Made by a program: the position numbers and the translations under genes
IMG/VR virus record: IMGVR_UViG_3300018432_000002
Span: 1 to 64,000 of that record
Direction: 5' to 3' (one strand)
DNA length: 64,000 nt
From: a virus
Shown here: in pieces, positions 1-8,359 of the stretch
How positions within the stretch are numbered: the stretch's first letter is position 1
How the letters are laid out: the number at the start of each line of letters is the position of its first letter
Notes under the pieces: generated by a model
Database searches by the model: none
What the model saw: the letters and a program-made list of their open reading frames with translations, nothing else
Told to the model about the DNA's origin: nothing

Positions 1-99
1 AACTTCCAGTACTTCGTCCACATGCTGCGCGTGGTGGAGGGATTGAGCGCCGGCCTGAACACCGTGCTCTCCCGCCCCGTGACCTTGAAGGAGAACTGA
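1..99 (+). CDS. 3' end of an upstream CDS (partial; ...NFQYFVHMLRVVEGLSAGLNTVLSRPVTLKEN*)
   Basis: Frame is open from the window edge to TGA 97-99, with GC-rich third positions. Confidence 0.4.
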   Translation, partial: NFQYFVHMLRVVEGLSAGLNTVLSRPVTLKEN

Positions 100-100
100 C

Positions 101-1198
101 ATGGCGATCATCGGTTTGCAGCTGTCCCAGGCGGAATCGGGCCGGATCCGGCTCGGCATGAAGGTCGCGTCGGGCCGCGGTACCCGGCCGGCGAAACTCG
201 ACCGGTTCCGTTTCACCTCTCCCCGGAAGAACCTGATCGAGAAGATCGCCGAGCTGTACGGCGGGGCGGTCGAGGAGTGGCAGCCGCCGCGTGGTGCCGG
301 GCAGTGGCAGGTGATCACGAACGCCACGGACATTCCGGTGGTGGTGCCGCCGCAGGACCCGGCGGAGTCGCAGTGGCTTGAGCTGTGGTCGGCGGGTGGC
401 TGCCAGCGTCGCTGTGACGGGCAGACGGAGAAGATTTCCGGGCAGGCCTGCATGTGCGACCCGGACCCCGCGCGGCGGGACTGCAAGATGCACACCCGGC
501 TGCGAGTGATGCTCGAGGACGTTCCCGGTCTGGGGGCGTGGCGGGTCGACACCGGCTCCTACTACGCGGCGACCGAACTGCCGGGTATCGCGCAGCTCCT
601 CGCCCAGGCGCAGGGCGCCATCCCCGGCCGGCTGGTACTGGATCAGCGGACGGTGGTGCGGGACGGCAAGACCAAAAACTTCGTGGTGCCGGTCTTGGAC
701 TGCACTGAGCTCACCCCGAAGGAGTTAATGTCCGGCCGGGTGCAGGAGTTGATGGCGGCCCGCGCGCAGGTCGCGATCGACGGGCGGCTCCAGCAGGCGG
801 CGATCACCGCTGGTGCAACGAAGGACTATCCGTCGCTGATCGATGCGGCGAAGACCCGTGAGGCGCTGGTGGACCTGCACAAGCAGGCACAGCAGGACTT
901 CCAGGGTCAGGTCCCGGAGGCTCTGCTGGCGCTGTTCACCAGCCGTGCCGAGGCGATCAAGCAGCCCGAGCCGTCGCAGCCGGCCGCGTCACCTGTTCCC
1001 GTTCCGGCAACCTCGGACGACCCGATCGGGGAGCTGTGGACGCAGATCCTCGAGGAGTCGCCATGGGACAACGCGGAGCAGCTTGAGCAGCACTTCTGTG
1101 AGCTGGTCGGCCATTCGTCGGATGAGGCGTCGGAGCAGGACATGCGCAAGTTCCTGGACGCGATCCGGCAGGCCAAGACCGCGGGGGTGGCGGCATGA
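101..1198 (+). CDS. phage early-region protein, function unknown (globular N-domain with Cys cluster CQRRCDG..CMCD..C, Q/A/E-rich linker, acidic C-terminus)
   Basis: 365-aa ORF with a GGAG RBS upstream and an ATGA overlap with the next gene; composition is not low-complexity. Confidence 0.75.
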   Translation: MAIIGLQLSQAESGRIRLGMKVASGRGTRPAKLDRFRFTSPRKNLIEKIAELYGGAVEEWQPPRGAGQWQVITNATDIPVVVPPQDPAESQWLELWSAGGCQRRCDGQTEKISGQACMCDPDPARRDCKMHTRLRVMLEDVPGLGAWRVDTGSYYAATELPGIAQLLAQAQGAIPGRLVLDQRTVVRDGKTKNFVVPVLDCTELTPKELMSGRVQELMAARAQVAIDGRLQQAAITAGATKDYPSLIDAAKTREALVDLHKQAQQDFQGQVPEALLALFTSRAEAIKQPEPSQPAASPVPVPATSDDPIGELWTQILEESPWDNAEQLEQHFCELVGHSSDEASEQDMRKFLDAIRQAKTAGVAA

Positions 1199-1413
1199 CC
1201 GCCGGTTTTGGTCCGCCGTCGGAGCAGCGTCCCGAGGATTTCCTCACCGTCACCGACTCGCACGGCGCGTCCATCGTCTTCGAGCGTGACCCGGACGACG
1301 GCGTGGTGAGCGTGTGGATCGCGCCGCCCGGCGAGAGCGACGGCTACTCGGTGCTCCTTGGCGAGGGCTCCCGTGAGCAGATCGCCGGGTTCCTGGCGGG
1401 CGGCAACCGATGA
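1195..1413 (+). CDS. hypothetical protein
   Basis: ATGA coupling at both ends, high GC3. Confidence 0.6.
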   Translation: MTAGFGPPSEQRPEDFLTVTDSHGASIVFERDPDDGVVSVWIAPPGESDGYSVLLGEGSREQIAGFLAGGNR

Positions 1414-1778
1414 CTGACCAGTTGGATCCGCAGGTCGACAACCCGGTCTCGGCGGAGCAGCGCATCCAGTTCTGCATCGACAACATCGAGAAGGCGCCGT
1501 GGGTCATCAAGGAACGCTTGAAGGCGTACCAGGAGGCGAAGCGGATCCTCGACCAGAAAATGGCCCGCACTGCGGCCGGCACCGAGGGTTCGGATGCGGC
1601 GAAGCGCCGGGCGGCAATCCTGGCGTGCGCGGACGAGCAGCAAGAACGCGACGACGCGTACGAGGCGTTGCAGTACGCGAAGGAGCGGTTCAAGGCGTTG
1701 CGTGAGGAACTGTCCGGGTTGCAGACGATCAACCGGTCGGTGTCGGACGCGTACAACACGGCTGGGCGGCGCTGGTGA
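1410..1778 (+). CDS. hypothetical protein, predicted helical/coiled-coil
   Basis: 122-aa ORF, translationally coupled, charged heptad-like sequence. Confidence 0.65.
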   Translation: MTDQLDPQVDNPVSAEQRIQFCIDNIEKAPWVIKERLKAYQEAKRILDQKMARTAAGTEGSDAAKRRAAILACADEQQERDDAYEALQYAKERFKALREELSGLQTINRSVSDAYNTAGRRW

Positions 1779-2293
1779 AGAGGTCGCCGGCTCCGAAGAG
1801 GAAGACGTCGCTCAAGACCCTTCCCAGCCTTGAGCGGAAGGTGGGTTGGAGCGTGCCGGAGCGGGCGCGTTCCACCCTCCACAACCAGGCTGCACGGCAG
1901 TCCCGGACGAAGCGCCCGACGGCTTCCCGCCCGACGATCCCGGCCACCGTCCGGGCTGCTCTGGCCGCCCGGTCCGATGGTATCTGCGAGATGGCGCTGC
2001 CTGCCTGCACCGGCCTGGCCGTTGACCCGGCTCACCGGATCCGGACGGGCATGGGTGGCCGTAAGCGTGAGGCGAAGATCGCCCATGACGTGCTCTCCAA
2101 CTTGATCCACTCGTGTCGTTCTTGCCACAGATGGACGCATTCCGAGCCGACCGCGTCCGACGGTATGGGCCTGATCGTCCGCGACGGTTCGGACCCGCTG
2201 AAGCGGCCCGTCTTGTACCGCGGTTCCTGGCGCCTGCTCGACGACTGCGGCTCCGTGACCCCCACCGACAAGCCTGAGGAGGCTGCTGCATGA
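1775..2293 (+). CDS. HNH endonuclease
   Basis: C-terminal motif HRIRTG...N.IHSCRSCHRWTH (His-Asn-His with Cys pairs); GTGA overlap start. Confidence 0.8.
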   Translation: MKRSPAPKRKTSLKTLPSLERKVGWSVPERARSTLHNQAARQSRTKRPTASRPTIPATVRAALAARSDGICEMALPACTGLAVDPAHRIRTGMGGRKREAKIAHDVLSNLIHSCRSCHRWTHSEPTASDGMGLIVRDGSDPLKRPVLYRGSWRLLDDCGSVTPTDKPEEAAA

Positions 2294-2436
2294 CCACGCC
2301 CGTGATTCCCCTGCTCGCCGACGAAGACGTGCAGCTGGTCGACGTCGACACTGCTCTGATCCTCGACACCGTCCTTGACCTGCAGCCCGTGGACTGGAAC
2401 GACGAGGACCAGTACGACCGGGACGGGGCTGCCTGA
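2290..2436 (+). CDS. small acidic hypothetical protein (48 aa, below ORF-track cutoff)
   Basis: ATG 2290 overlaps the previous stop (ATGA); its TGA overlaps the next ATG (TGATG); high GC3. Confidence 0.4.
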   Translation: MTTPVIPLLADEDVQLVDVDTALILDTVLDLQPVDWNDEDQYDRDGAA

Positions 2437-2789
2437 TGGGCTACCTGAACCCCCACACCCACAACCTGGATGGCCACCGCCCGCTGGTGGTGACGATCTG
2501 CGGCTCAACCCGCTTCCGCACCGAGATGGCCGAGGCCAACCGGGTGCTGACCCTGGCCGGCCACATCGTGCTGGCGCCGGGCGTGTTCGCCCACGACGGC
2601 GATGAGATCACCGAGGAGCAGAAGCGCGAGCTGGACGACCTGCACTTCGCCAAGATCCGCATGTCGGACGGCGTCTACATCGTCAACGTCGGCGGCTACG
2701 TGGGCGAGTCGACCGGTCGGGAGATCGAGTATGCCCGGCAGCTGGGCAAGCTGATCACGCATCTGGTTCCGGTCGGGGCTGCGGCGTGA
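2436..2789 (+). CDS. nucleoside 2-deoxyribosyltransferase-like (Rossmann-like) protein
   Basis: Pattern ICGSTRF...LHxxKIxxSDxVYIVNxxGYxGxSTxxEIxYA is typical of the NDT-like phage family; the family call is from memory. Confidence 0.55.
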   Translation: MGYLNPHTHNLDGHRPLVVTICGSTRFRTEMAEANRVLTLAGHIVLAPGVFAHDGDEITEEQKRELDDLHFAKIRMSDGVYIVNVGGYVGESTGREIEYARQLGKLITHLVPVGAAA

Positions 2790-2965
2790 TGGGCGACTTC
2801 CTGATCCGGCTCATGTGGGCCGCCGTCGTCGCCCTGGTCGTGAAGGGTGGGGTGGCGCTGCTCGGCAGCACAGCCCCGTGGTGGCTCGCCGCTGGGCTCG
2901 GCGGGGTGCTGCTGTTCCTGATCGTTCCGTGGTGGAGTCGCAGCGCTGGGGCAGGCGTCCGGTGA
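2789..2965 (+). CDS. small membrane protein (58 aa, two hydrophobic segments)
   Basis: TGATG coupling with the previous gene; sequence MGDFLIRLMWAAVVALVV...LLFLIVPWW; ends 5 nt before the rusA start. Confidence 0.45.
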   Translation: MGDFLIRLMWAAVVALVVKGGVALLGSTAPWWLAAGLGGVLLFLIVPWWSRSAGAGVR

Positions 2966-2970
2966 CAGCC

Positions 2971-3372
2971 ATGACCATCACCCGAAGCTGGCAGCTCACC
3001 ATTCCCGCCCCGGCGATCTGGCTGAACGCGAACCAGCGCACCGACCTGCGACGGCAGACCCCGGACCGTCGGGCGTGGCGTGACGCCGGCCGGGTGTATG
3101 CGATGCAGGCGAAGCTACCCAAGCTTCAGCGGGCGCACATCCTCGCCGAGTTGTGCTTTGCGGATGCGCGCCGCCGGGATGTCCACAACCTGTATCCGAC
3201 GATCAAAGCGCTGGTCGACGGCCTGATCGATTTCGGGCTCCTCCCCGATGACGACCACCTGCACCTGGTCGGCCCGGACCTGCGTTATGGGCCGCGGATC
3301 GCCAAGCGGGTGGGTGGCGTGTCCGGTGAGGTTCGTCTGACCGTCACTGACCTGAGCGGTGAGCAGCCATGA
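2971..3372 (+). CDS. rusA: RusA-family Holliday junction resolvase
   Basis: Motif RRRDVHNLYPTIKALVDGLIDFGLLPDDD (D-x2-N...K..D.L...DD). Start moved to ATG 2971 within ORF 2815..3372. Confidence 0.85.
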   Translation: MTITRSWQLTIPAPAIWLNANQRTDLRRQTPDRRAWRDAGRVYAMQAKLPKLQRAHILAELCFADARRRDVHNLYPTIKALVDGLIDFGLLPDDDHLHLVGPDLRYGPRIAKRVGGVSGEVRLTVTDLSGEQP

Positions 3373-3800
3373 CTGGCCTGCTGTGTCGCTCGGTGCCCGC
3401 CGAGTACTTCGACACGGGCGACGCCGGCAACAGTCTCGCGGTGCGGATCTGTGCCCGCTGCACAGGCTGCCCCGACGACGACCCGGAACCGCACGGTGTG
3501 ATCCGCCACGGCGTGGCCTACTCGGACGCGGGCAAGCCGCTGCCGCCGTGCTCGAACTGCGGCAACCCGAACGTCACGTTCAGCGGCGGAGACCCGTCCA
3601 CGAAACGGTGCGCCAACTGCGCGGACCCGCAGATCAGCATTCCGGACGCGCGCCTGTCGCGGCAGCGGTGGGTCGGGAAGCTAGCCCGGCGCGGGTTCAC
3701 CACTGAACAGATCGCCGCCGAGGCCGGTGTGGGGGTGCGCAACGCCGAACGGCTGCGTGCCGCCGCTAACCGGGCCGCACTGCTGGGAGCGGCGGCATGA
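3369..3800 (+). CDS. Cys-rich (CxxCxxC + CxxC-x16-CxxC zinc-ribbon) protein with C-terminal HTH
   Basis: Cys spacing read from the translation; C-terminal segment GFTTEQIAAEAGVGVRNAERL looks like an HTH. Confidence 0.6.
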   Translation: MTGLLCRSVPAEYFDTGDAGNSLAVRICARCTGCPDDDPEPHGVIRHGVAYSDAGKPLPPCSNCGNPNVTFSGGDPSTKRCANCADPQISIPDARLSRQRWVGKLARRGFTTEQIAAEAGVGVRNAERLRAAANRAALLGAAA

Positions 3801-4645
3801 GACTCCTGACCGCGCATGTCCCGTACGGCACTGACTTGGGTCGCCTCGACGCCACCTGCCCTGCCGACAAGCACGGCACCTATACCGCGTACGCCCGCGG
3901 ATGTCGCTGTCCGCACGCCCGCGAAGCGGAACGTCTGTACCGCAAGCGCCGTCGGTTCGGTGTGCAGCCGGCTGGCCTGGTCGATGCTTGCGGCACCCGC
4001 CGCCGGATCGAGGCGTTACACGCGATTGGGCACACCGGGGCGGACATCGCCGCGAAAATGGGCCCGCCTTACGACGCGGCTTGGCTGCGTAAGGTCCGCA
4101 GCCGCAACTCGTCGGTGACGATCCGTTCGCATCATGCGGTGAAGGCGGCGTACGCCACGCTGGCGTCGGTGCCGGGTAGCTCTGCGGTCACTCGCAGGCG
4201 AGCGGCGGCGAGTGGTTTCCCGACTCCCGGCCAGTGGGGTGCCGACATCGACGACCCGAAGGCTGTTCCGGATCTGGGTGAACCTGACCTGTTGGACCCG
4301 GCGGACCTGTCGGTGGTTGACGAGCAGGTGGTGGAACGTGCCCTTGCCGGGGAGCGGGTTTTCCTGACGGACGTCGAGTTGGTCGTCGCCCTGCGCATGG
4401 GCACGGCCCGCGGCGGTTCAGTGTCGGCGGTGTCTGCCCTGCTCGGCTTGAACCATGTGGCGGCGAAGCGGCTGCTGGCGGGCGAGTCCACGCCGAGCCG
4501 GGCGCGGTGGTCGCTGATCGCCGCCGAGTTATGCCGGGACCCAAACGTGCAGGCCGGCGCTTTAGCTGCCCGTCTCGGTGTCCGTGTTTCCGCTGTCGCC
4601 GGCGTGCGTGACCGGCTGCGTTCCCGTCTGTCTTTGGCCAGTTAG
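3797..4645 (+). CDS. DNA-binding protein (HGTxxAYxxGCRCxxxR motif, HTH-like segments)
   Basis: HGTYTAYARGCRCPHAREAE motif is common in actinophage HTH proteins; 282-aa coupled ORF. Confidence 0.6.
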   Translation: MRLLTAHVPYGTDLGRLDATCPADKHGTYTAYARGCRCPHAREAERLYRKRRRFGVQPAGLVDACGTRRRIEALHAIGHTGADIAAKMGPPYDAAWLRKVRSRNSSVTIRSHHAVKAAYATLASVPGSSAVTRRRAAASGFPTPGQWGADIDDPKAVPDLGEPDLLDPADLSVVDEQVVERALAGERVFLTDVELVVALRMGTARGGSVSAVSALLGLNHVAAKRLLAGESTPSRARWSLIAAELCRDPNVQAGALAARLGVRVSAVAGVRDRLRSRLSLAS

Positions 4646-4693
4646 TTGCGGGCGCGGCTGCCGGGTCGCGCCCGCCCAACCCTTGGAGGGTCC

Positions 4694-4897
4694 ATGTCTC
4701 ACGTTCAAGTCGTGTTTGACGTGTCGTTGCGGTTCAACGTCCACGACCAGGGTGCTGCTGCCGACCTTGCGGCGAAGTTGGCCCGGATCGCGGTCGGGTT
4801 TGCGGGTGAGCCTGGCGTGTTGGGTTCGACGATCGACGTGGACACGTACGAGCAGGTGTGTCACCACGAGCACGAGCATGACGGGGTTGAGCCGTGA
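4694..4897 (+). CDS. hypothetical protein
   Basis: ATG 4694 preceded by GGAGGG RBS (4685-4690); within ORF 4646..4897. Confidence 0.55.
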   Translation: MSHVQVVFDVSLRFNVHDQGAAADLAAKLARIAVGFAGEPGVLGSTIDVDTYEQVCHHEHEHDGVEP

Positions 4898-5082
4898 CCG
4901 GCCGCTGCCCGATCGACCCCGACTGCGACCGGCATGTCTTCCCCGCGCCGCCGCCTGAGGCTCGGTTGCGGGAGTTCGTGGAGTTGGTGGCCCGCCTGGA
5001 CGAGCCGGGTGTGCCGCCGTTCGGCGACCGGGGCATCACCTCGCATGATCTGGCTGCCGCGGCGCGGGAGGTTCTCGGATGA
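4894..5082 (+). CDS. hypothetical protein
   Basis: GTGA/ATGA coupling, high GC3. Confidence 0.5.
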   Translation: MTGRCPIDPDCDRHVFPAPPPEARLREFVELVARLDEPGVPPFGDRGITSHDLAAAAREVLG

Positions 5083-5864
5083 GGACCTTCAACCTGTTGG
5101 CTGAACCGCGCCGGATCGCCTTCGCCGGCGACTGGCACATGAACGTCCGCTGGGCCGAGCGTGCGATCCGGTGCGCCGTAGACCAAGACGCTGACGTGAT
5201 CGTTCACGTCGGCGACTACGGCTACGACTTCCATCCCGGCTTCGTGCGCAAGGTTGAGGAGGCGCTGACCCGGGCCGGTATTCCGCTGCTGTTCGTCGAC
5301 GGCAACCACGAGGACTTCACCCTGCTGCTTCAGCAGCCGGTCGGCGGGGACGGTCTGCGCCGGATCAGCGGGCATGTGGCGCACTTGCCGCGCGGTTTCC
5401 GCTGGGAGTGGGCTGGCGTGCACTTCCTCGCCATGGGCGGTGCGCATTCGGTTGACCGGCCGTACCGGGTGCCTGGTGTGTCGTGGTGGCCGGAGGAGAC
5501 GATCACGGCCCGGCAGGTGTATGAGGCCGCGGAGCCCGGCACCACGGATGTTCTGATCTCGCACGACTGCCCGCACGGTGTTGTCATCCCCGGCATCGAC
5601 GACCGCACCAGCCCGCCACCGTTCTCGCCGGCCGAGATCGAACGGTCCAACGAGCATCGGAAGTTGCTGCGGGTGCTGGTGGAGCAGGTGCAGCCGTCGG
5701 TGATCTGGCACGGCCACTACCACGTCGGCTATCAGGCGGTCGCTGACCTCGGGTACGGCCCGGTTGTGGTGAACGGCCTGGACTGTGACGAGACGACGCT
5801 GGACGCGAACGTCCGGGTAGTTGATGTGGCTGACCTACTGGTACGCCCGGGAGGTGGGCTGTGA
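5079..5864 (+). CDS. calcineurin-like metallophosphoesterase
   Basis: Motifs GDWH, HVGDYG, DGNHED, GGAH, SHD, GHYH in canonical order. Confidence 0.85.
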   Translation: MRTFNLLAEPRRIAFAGDWHMNVRWAERAIRCAVDQDADVIVHVGDYGYDFHPGFVRKVEEALTRAGIPLLFVDGNHEDFTLLLQQPVGGDGLRRISGHVAHLPRGFRWEWAGVHFLAMGGAHSVDRPYRVPGVSWWPEETITARQVYEAAEPGTTDVLISHDCPHGVVIPGIDDRTSPPPFSPAEIERSNEHRKLLRVLVEQVQPSVIWHGHYHVGYQAVADLGYGPVVVNGLDCDETTLDANVRVVDVADLLVRPGGGL

Positions 5865-6151
5865 CCGCCCTCGGCCCAAACGACCTTCAGGCCTGCCCGT
5901 CGCTGGGCCGCCTGAAGTCGCACCGCGCCCATGGGATCACGTGCTTCGAGTGTGAGCCGGATTTGCGGCAGGACGTGCGCTGCCCGCTGTGCCTGGACAT
6001 GGTGCCCGCGGTCGGTGCGGTGATCGAGCCGCACGACGTTGAAGGGCGCGGGCGCGGGTTTCCGGGTTTCGAGTGCCCCGGTTCGGGTGCGGTCGTGGAG
6101 CTGCCGGTCCCGGTCGAGCAGCCGTTGCGCCTGTCGAGGGCCGCCGCATGA
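5861..6151 (+). CDS. hypothetical protein with CxxC..CxxC zinc-finger-like motif
   Basis: CFECEPDLRQDVRCPLCLD; coupled start and stop. Confidence 0.55.
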   Translation: MTALGPNDLQACPSLGRLKSHRAHGITCFECEPDLRQDVRCPLCLDMVPAVGAVIEPHDVEGRGRGFPGFECPGSGAVVELPVPVEQPLRLSRAAA

Positions 6152-6203
6152 TCGTCCGCACTCTCGATGAGATCCGCGCCGAGCGTCCACCGTTGGTGAT
6201 CCG

Positions 6204-6404
6204 GTGACCGCCCGCCAACTCGCCCAGGCATGGCATGACGAGCAGACCGTCGCGGATGCCGTGCATGCGGAGGCGTATTCGTCGTGCTGGTGTTGCTGTA
6301 CGGCCTGCGACCCAGATTGGGTTGAGGGTGGCGGCAACCCGCATTTCGTGGCCGCCTCGGCGGAGGATGTGTCCGGTCAGCCGGGTTCGGGGTCGGCCTC
6401 GTGA
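6204..6404 (+). CDS. hypothetical protein (Cys-rich: CWCCCTAC)
   Basis: GTG start overlapping the stop of a 19-codon micro-ORF (6148..6207); coupled to the next gene. Confidence 0.45.
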   Translation: MTARQLAQAWHDEQTVADAVHAEAYSSCWCCCTACDPDWVEGGGNPHFVAASAEDVSGQPGSGSAS

Positions 6405-6760
6405 GCCAGATTCCTTACGGCTGGGCCGCCGACGTGGACTTCGAGTGCTGCATCGTGTCGCCCACCAACGCGCATCGCATGCTGTGCGGCCGGTGGGTGG
6501 CGTACGCGCCGACGGTGCCGCCGCAGTTCCCGCACGCCGTGCACGACGAGTGCCGGCGCCTGTGGACGGAAGGCGGGCACAAGCCGGTTGAGGTGCTGGA
6601 TGTGTACGGCATCTGCCCGGACTGCGCAGGTGAGACGCCGCTAAAGGGCGGCCTGGTCGGGGCACATGCGGCGTGGCGGATGGGCAGGCATGGGCTGTAT
6701 CCGTCGGCGGAGGCGTGTACCGGTGAGGGCAAGGCACCGGAGCCGGAGGGCGAGCGGTGA
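6401..6760 (+). CDS. hypothetical Cys/His-rich protein
   Basis: 119-aa ORF, GTGA coupling, high GC3. Confidence 0.55.
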   Translation: MSQIPYGWAADVDFECCIVSPTNAHRMLCGRWVAYAPTVPPQFPHAVHDECRRLWTEGGHKPVEVLDVYGICPDCAGETPLKGGLVGAHAAWRMGRHGLYPSAEACTGEGKAPEPEGER

Positions 6761-6765
6761 GGCGG

Positions 6766-7047
6766 CTACTCGGCCGTGTCCCCGGCCTTCTCGACGAGCG
6801 AAGCGACGTACTCGCGTGTGTATCCGGCTCGGCGCCCGACTTCGGACTTCGACATGCCTGACCGTACGGCTGCCACGATCGCGGCGTGCAGCGCAGCCCG
6901 CTGCTTTTCGAGCTGGGCTTCGACGCGTTGGAAGGACTTCGCCGCTTCGTCGAGGGAGAGCGCCTCGGGGGTTTTGGTGAGGCGTGGAGTCCTGGGCATG
7001 GTCGGGATTGTCGCATGACGGTGATCGCGAAGCGAGGTAGCGGACAT
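6766..7047 (-). CDS. small HTH transcriptional regulator (the only reverse-strand gene in the early region)
   Basis: HTH-like MSKSEVGRRAGYTREYVASLV; GGAAGG RBS upstream of ATG 7047; convergent with the 6401..6760 gene and divergent from 7156. Confidence 0.65.
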   Translation of the reverse strand: MSATSLRDHRHATIPTMPRTPRLTKTPEALSLDEAAKSFQRVEAQLEKQRAALHAAIVAAVRSGMSKSEVGRRAGYTREYVASLVEKAGDTAE

Positions 7048-7068
7048 GGTTATCGGCCTTCCGGGGAC

Positions 7069-7097
7069 TTGATAGTGAGAACTGACTCCGCAATACT
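7069..7097 (+). promoter_or_regulatory. candidate sigma70-type promoter (TTGATA-17 nt-AATACT) for the operon starting at 7156
   Basis: Hexamers read directly in the A/T-richer 108-nt intergenic region. Confidence 0.3.
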
Positions 7098-7155
7098 AGT
7101 TCGCGTACCTAGCTGACGTGAAGAGACCGTCGGCACCTCTTCAAAGGAGTTCCAG

Positions 7156-7356
7156 ATGCCCAAGCACGCAGACGACGAGCTGGTCCTGTTCGGCTACAGC
7201 AGCGACTTCAATGTCGGCTTCGAGGATCGCCACGGCGATGACCGGGGGGTGACTTGGGGCGAGTGGCGTCAGATGAACTCGACCGAACGCGAACGGGTCA
7301 TGCAGGAGTACGTCAACGAGCTGGTTGAGGTCTTCGTCGTGGACGGAGAGAACTGA
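7156..7356 (+). CDS. hypothetical acidic protein
   Basis: AAAGGAG RBS upstream; TGATG coupling with the next gene. Confidence 0.6.
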   Translation: MPKHADDELVLFGYSSDFNVGFEDRHGDDRGVTWGEWRQMNSTERERVMQEYVNELVEVFVVDGEN

Positions 7357-8138
7357 TGAGCACCACCAGCAAGATCGAATGGACCGAGAAGACGTGGAAC
7401 CCCACCACCGGATGTGACCGCATCTCCCCCGGGTGCGACAACTGCTACGCCCTCACCCTCGCCAAGCGACTCAAGGGCATGGGCCAGGCCAAATACCAGA
7501 ACGACGGAGACCCGCGAACCTCCGGCCCTGGCTTCGGCCTGAGCGTCCACCCCGACTCCCTGAGCGAGCCGCTGCGCTGGCGCAAGCCCACCGTCGTGTT
7601 CGTCAACTCCATGTCCGACCTGTTCCACGCCCGAGTCCCCCGCGAGTTCATCGCGCAGGTCTGGGACGTCATGGCCCGAACGCCGCAGCACACCTACCAG
7701 GTGCTCACGAAACGGCCCGAGCGCTTGCCCCGAGTGCTCGCTGACCTGCCCGAGCTACCGAACGTGTGGCTCGGCACGTCGATCGAGTCCGACGATTTCA
7801 CCCGTCGCGCAGACTCCCTTCGTGCTGCGCCGGCCGCCGTCCGGTTCATCTCCGCCGAACCGCTGCTCGGCCCGCTCCCGTCGCTCGACCTGAGTGGGAT
7901 CGACTGGCTGATCCTCGGCGGCGAGTCCGGCCCCGGCTCCCGGCCGCTCGACCTGGGCTGGTTCCGCGAGCTAATCGCTATGGCCCGAGATTCGGGTACC
8001 GCCGTGTTCGTCAAGCAACTCGGCTCTGTCTGGGGGCGTGGCGCTGGCGCCGACAACAAGGGCGGCAACTGGTCCCTGTGGTCTGACTGGCTCCGAGTCC
8101 GGGAGTACCCGCGCATTGCCGAGGCGGTGGCCCGATGA
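7356..8138 (+). CDS. phage Gp37/Gp68 family protein (DUF5131)
   Basis: N-terminal IEWTEKTWNPTTGCDRISPGCDNCYA and FVNSMSDLFH / ISAEPLLGP / LILGGESG blocks are characteristic of this family. Confidence 0.85.
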   Translation: MSTTSKIEWTEKTWNPTTGCDRISPGCDNCYALTLAKRLKGMGQAKYQNDGDPRTSGPGFGLSVHPDSLSEPLRWRKPTVVFVNSMSDLFHARVPREFIAQVWDVMARTPQHTYQVLTKRPERLPRVLADLPELPNVWLGTSIESDDFTRRADSLRAAPAAVRFISAEPLLGPLPSLDLSGIDWLILGGESGPGSRPLDLGWFRELIAMARDSGTAVFVKQLGSVWGRGAGADNKGGNWSLWSDWLRVREYPRIAEAVAR

Positions 8139-8359
8139 CTCACTTCCACGCCTGCGACGCGACCTGCGCGATCCAGTCCGACGTCGTCGACAAGGCCGAG
8201 TTCGACGCCTGGGTGAACAACCTGCTGAAGCGCACCCCTGAGTCGTGGGACGGCGACGCGAGCGCCGAGTACATCGTCGGCGAATACCTGCACGAGCTTG
8301 AGCGACGCGTCCTTGCTTTCGGCGGCTCGCTTGAGAAGCACCCTGAGGACGCATCGTGA
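8135..8359 (+). CDS. hypothetical protein
   Basis: Coupled ATGA start, high GC3. Confidence 0.55.
   Translation: MTHFHACDATCAIQSDVVDKAEFDAWVNNLLKRTPESWDGDASAEYIVGEYLHELERRVLAFGGSLEKHPEDAS

Noticed and set aside
2815-2970. N-terminal 52-codon extension of the RusA ORF
   Set aside because: It is Arg/Gly-rich and overlaps the better-supported small membrane ORF 2789..2965. RusA-like sequence begins at ATG 2971.
4734-7016. 329-aa and 359-aa minus-strand ORFs
   Set aside because: They lie opposite the metallophosphoesterase and the coupled small-gene array. They are Arg/Pro-rich, and the + strand frames carry recognisable motifs and translational coupling.
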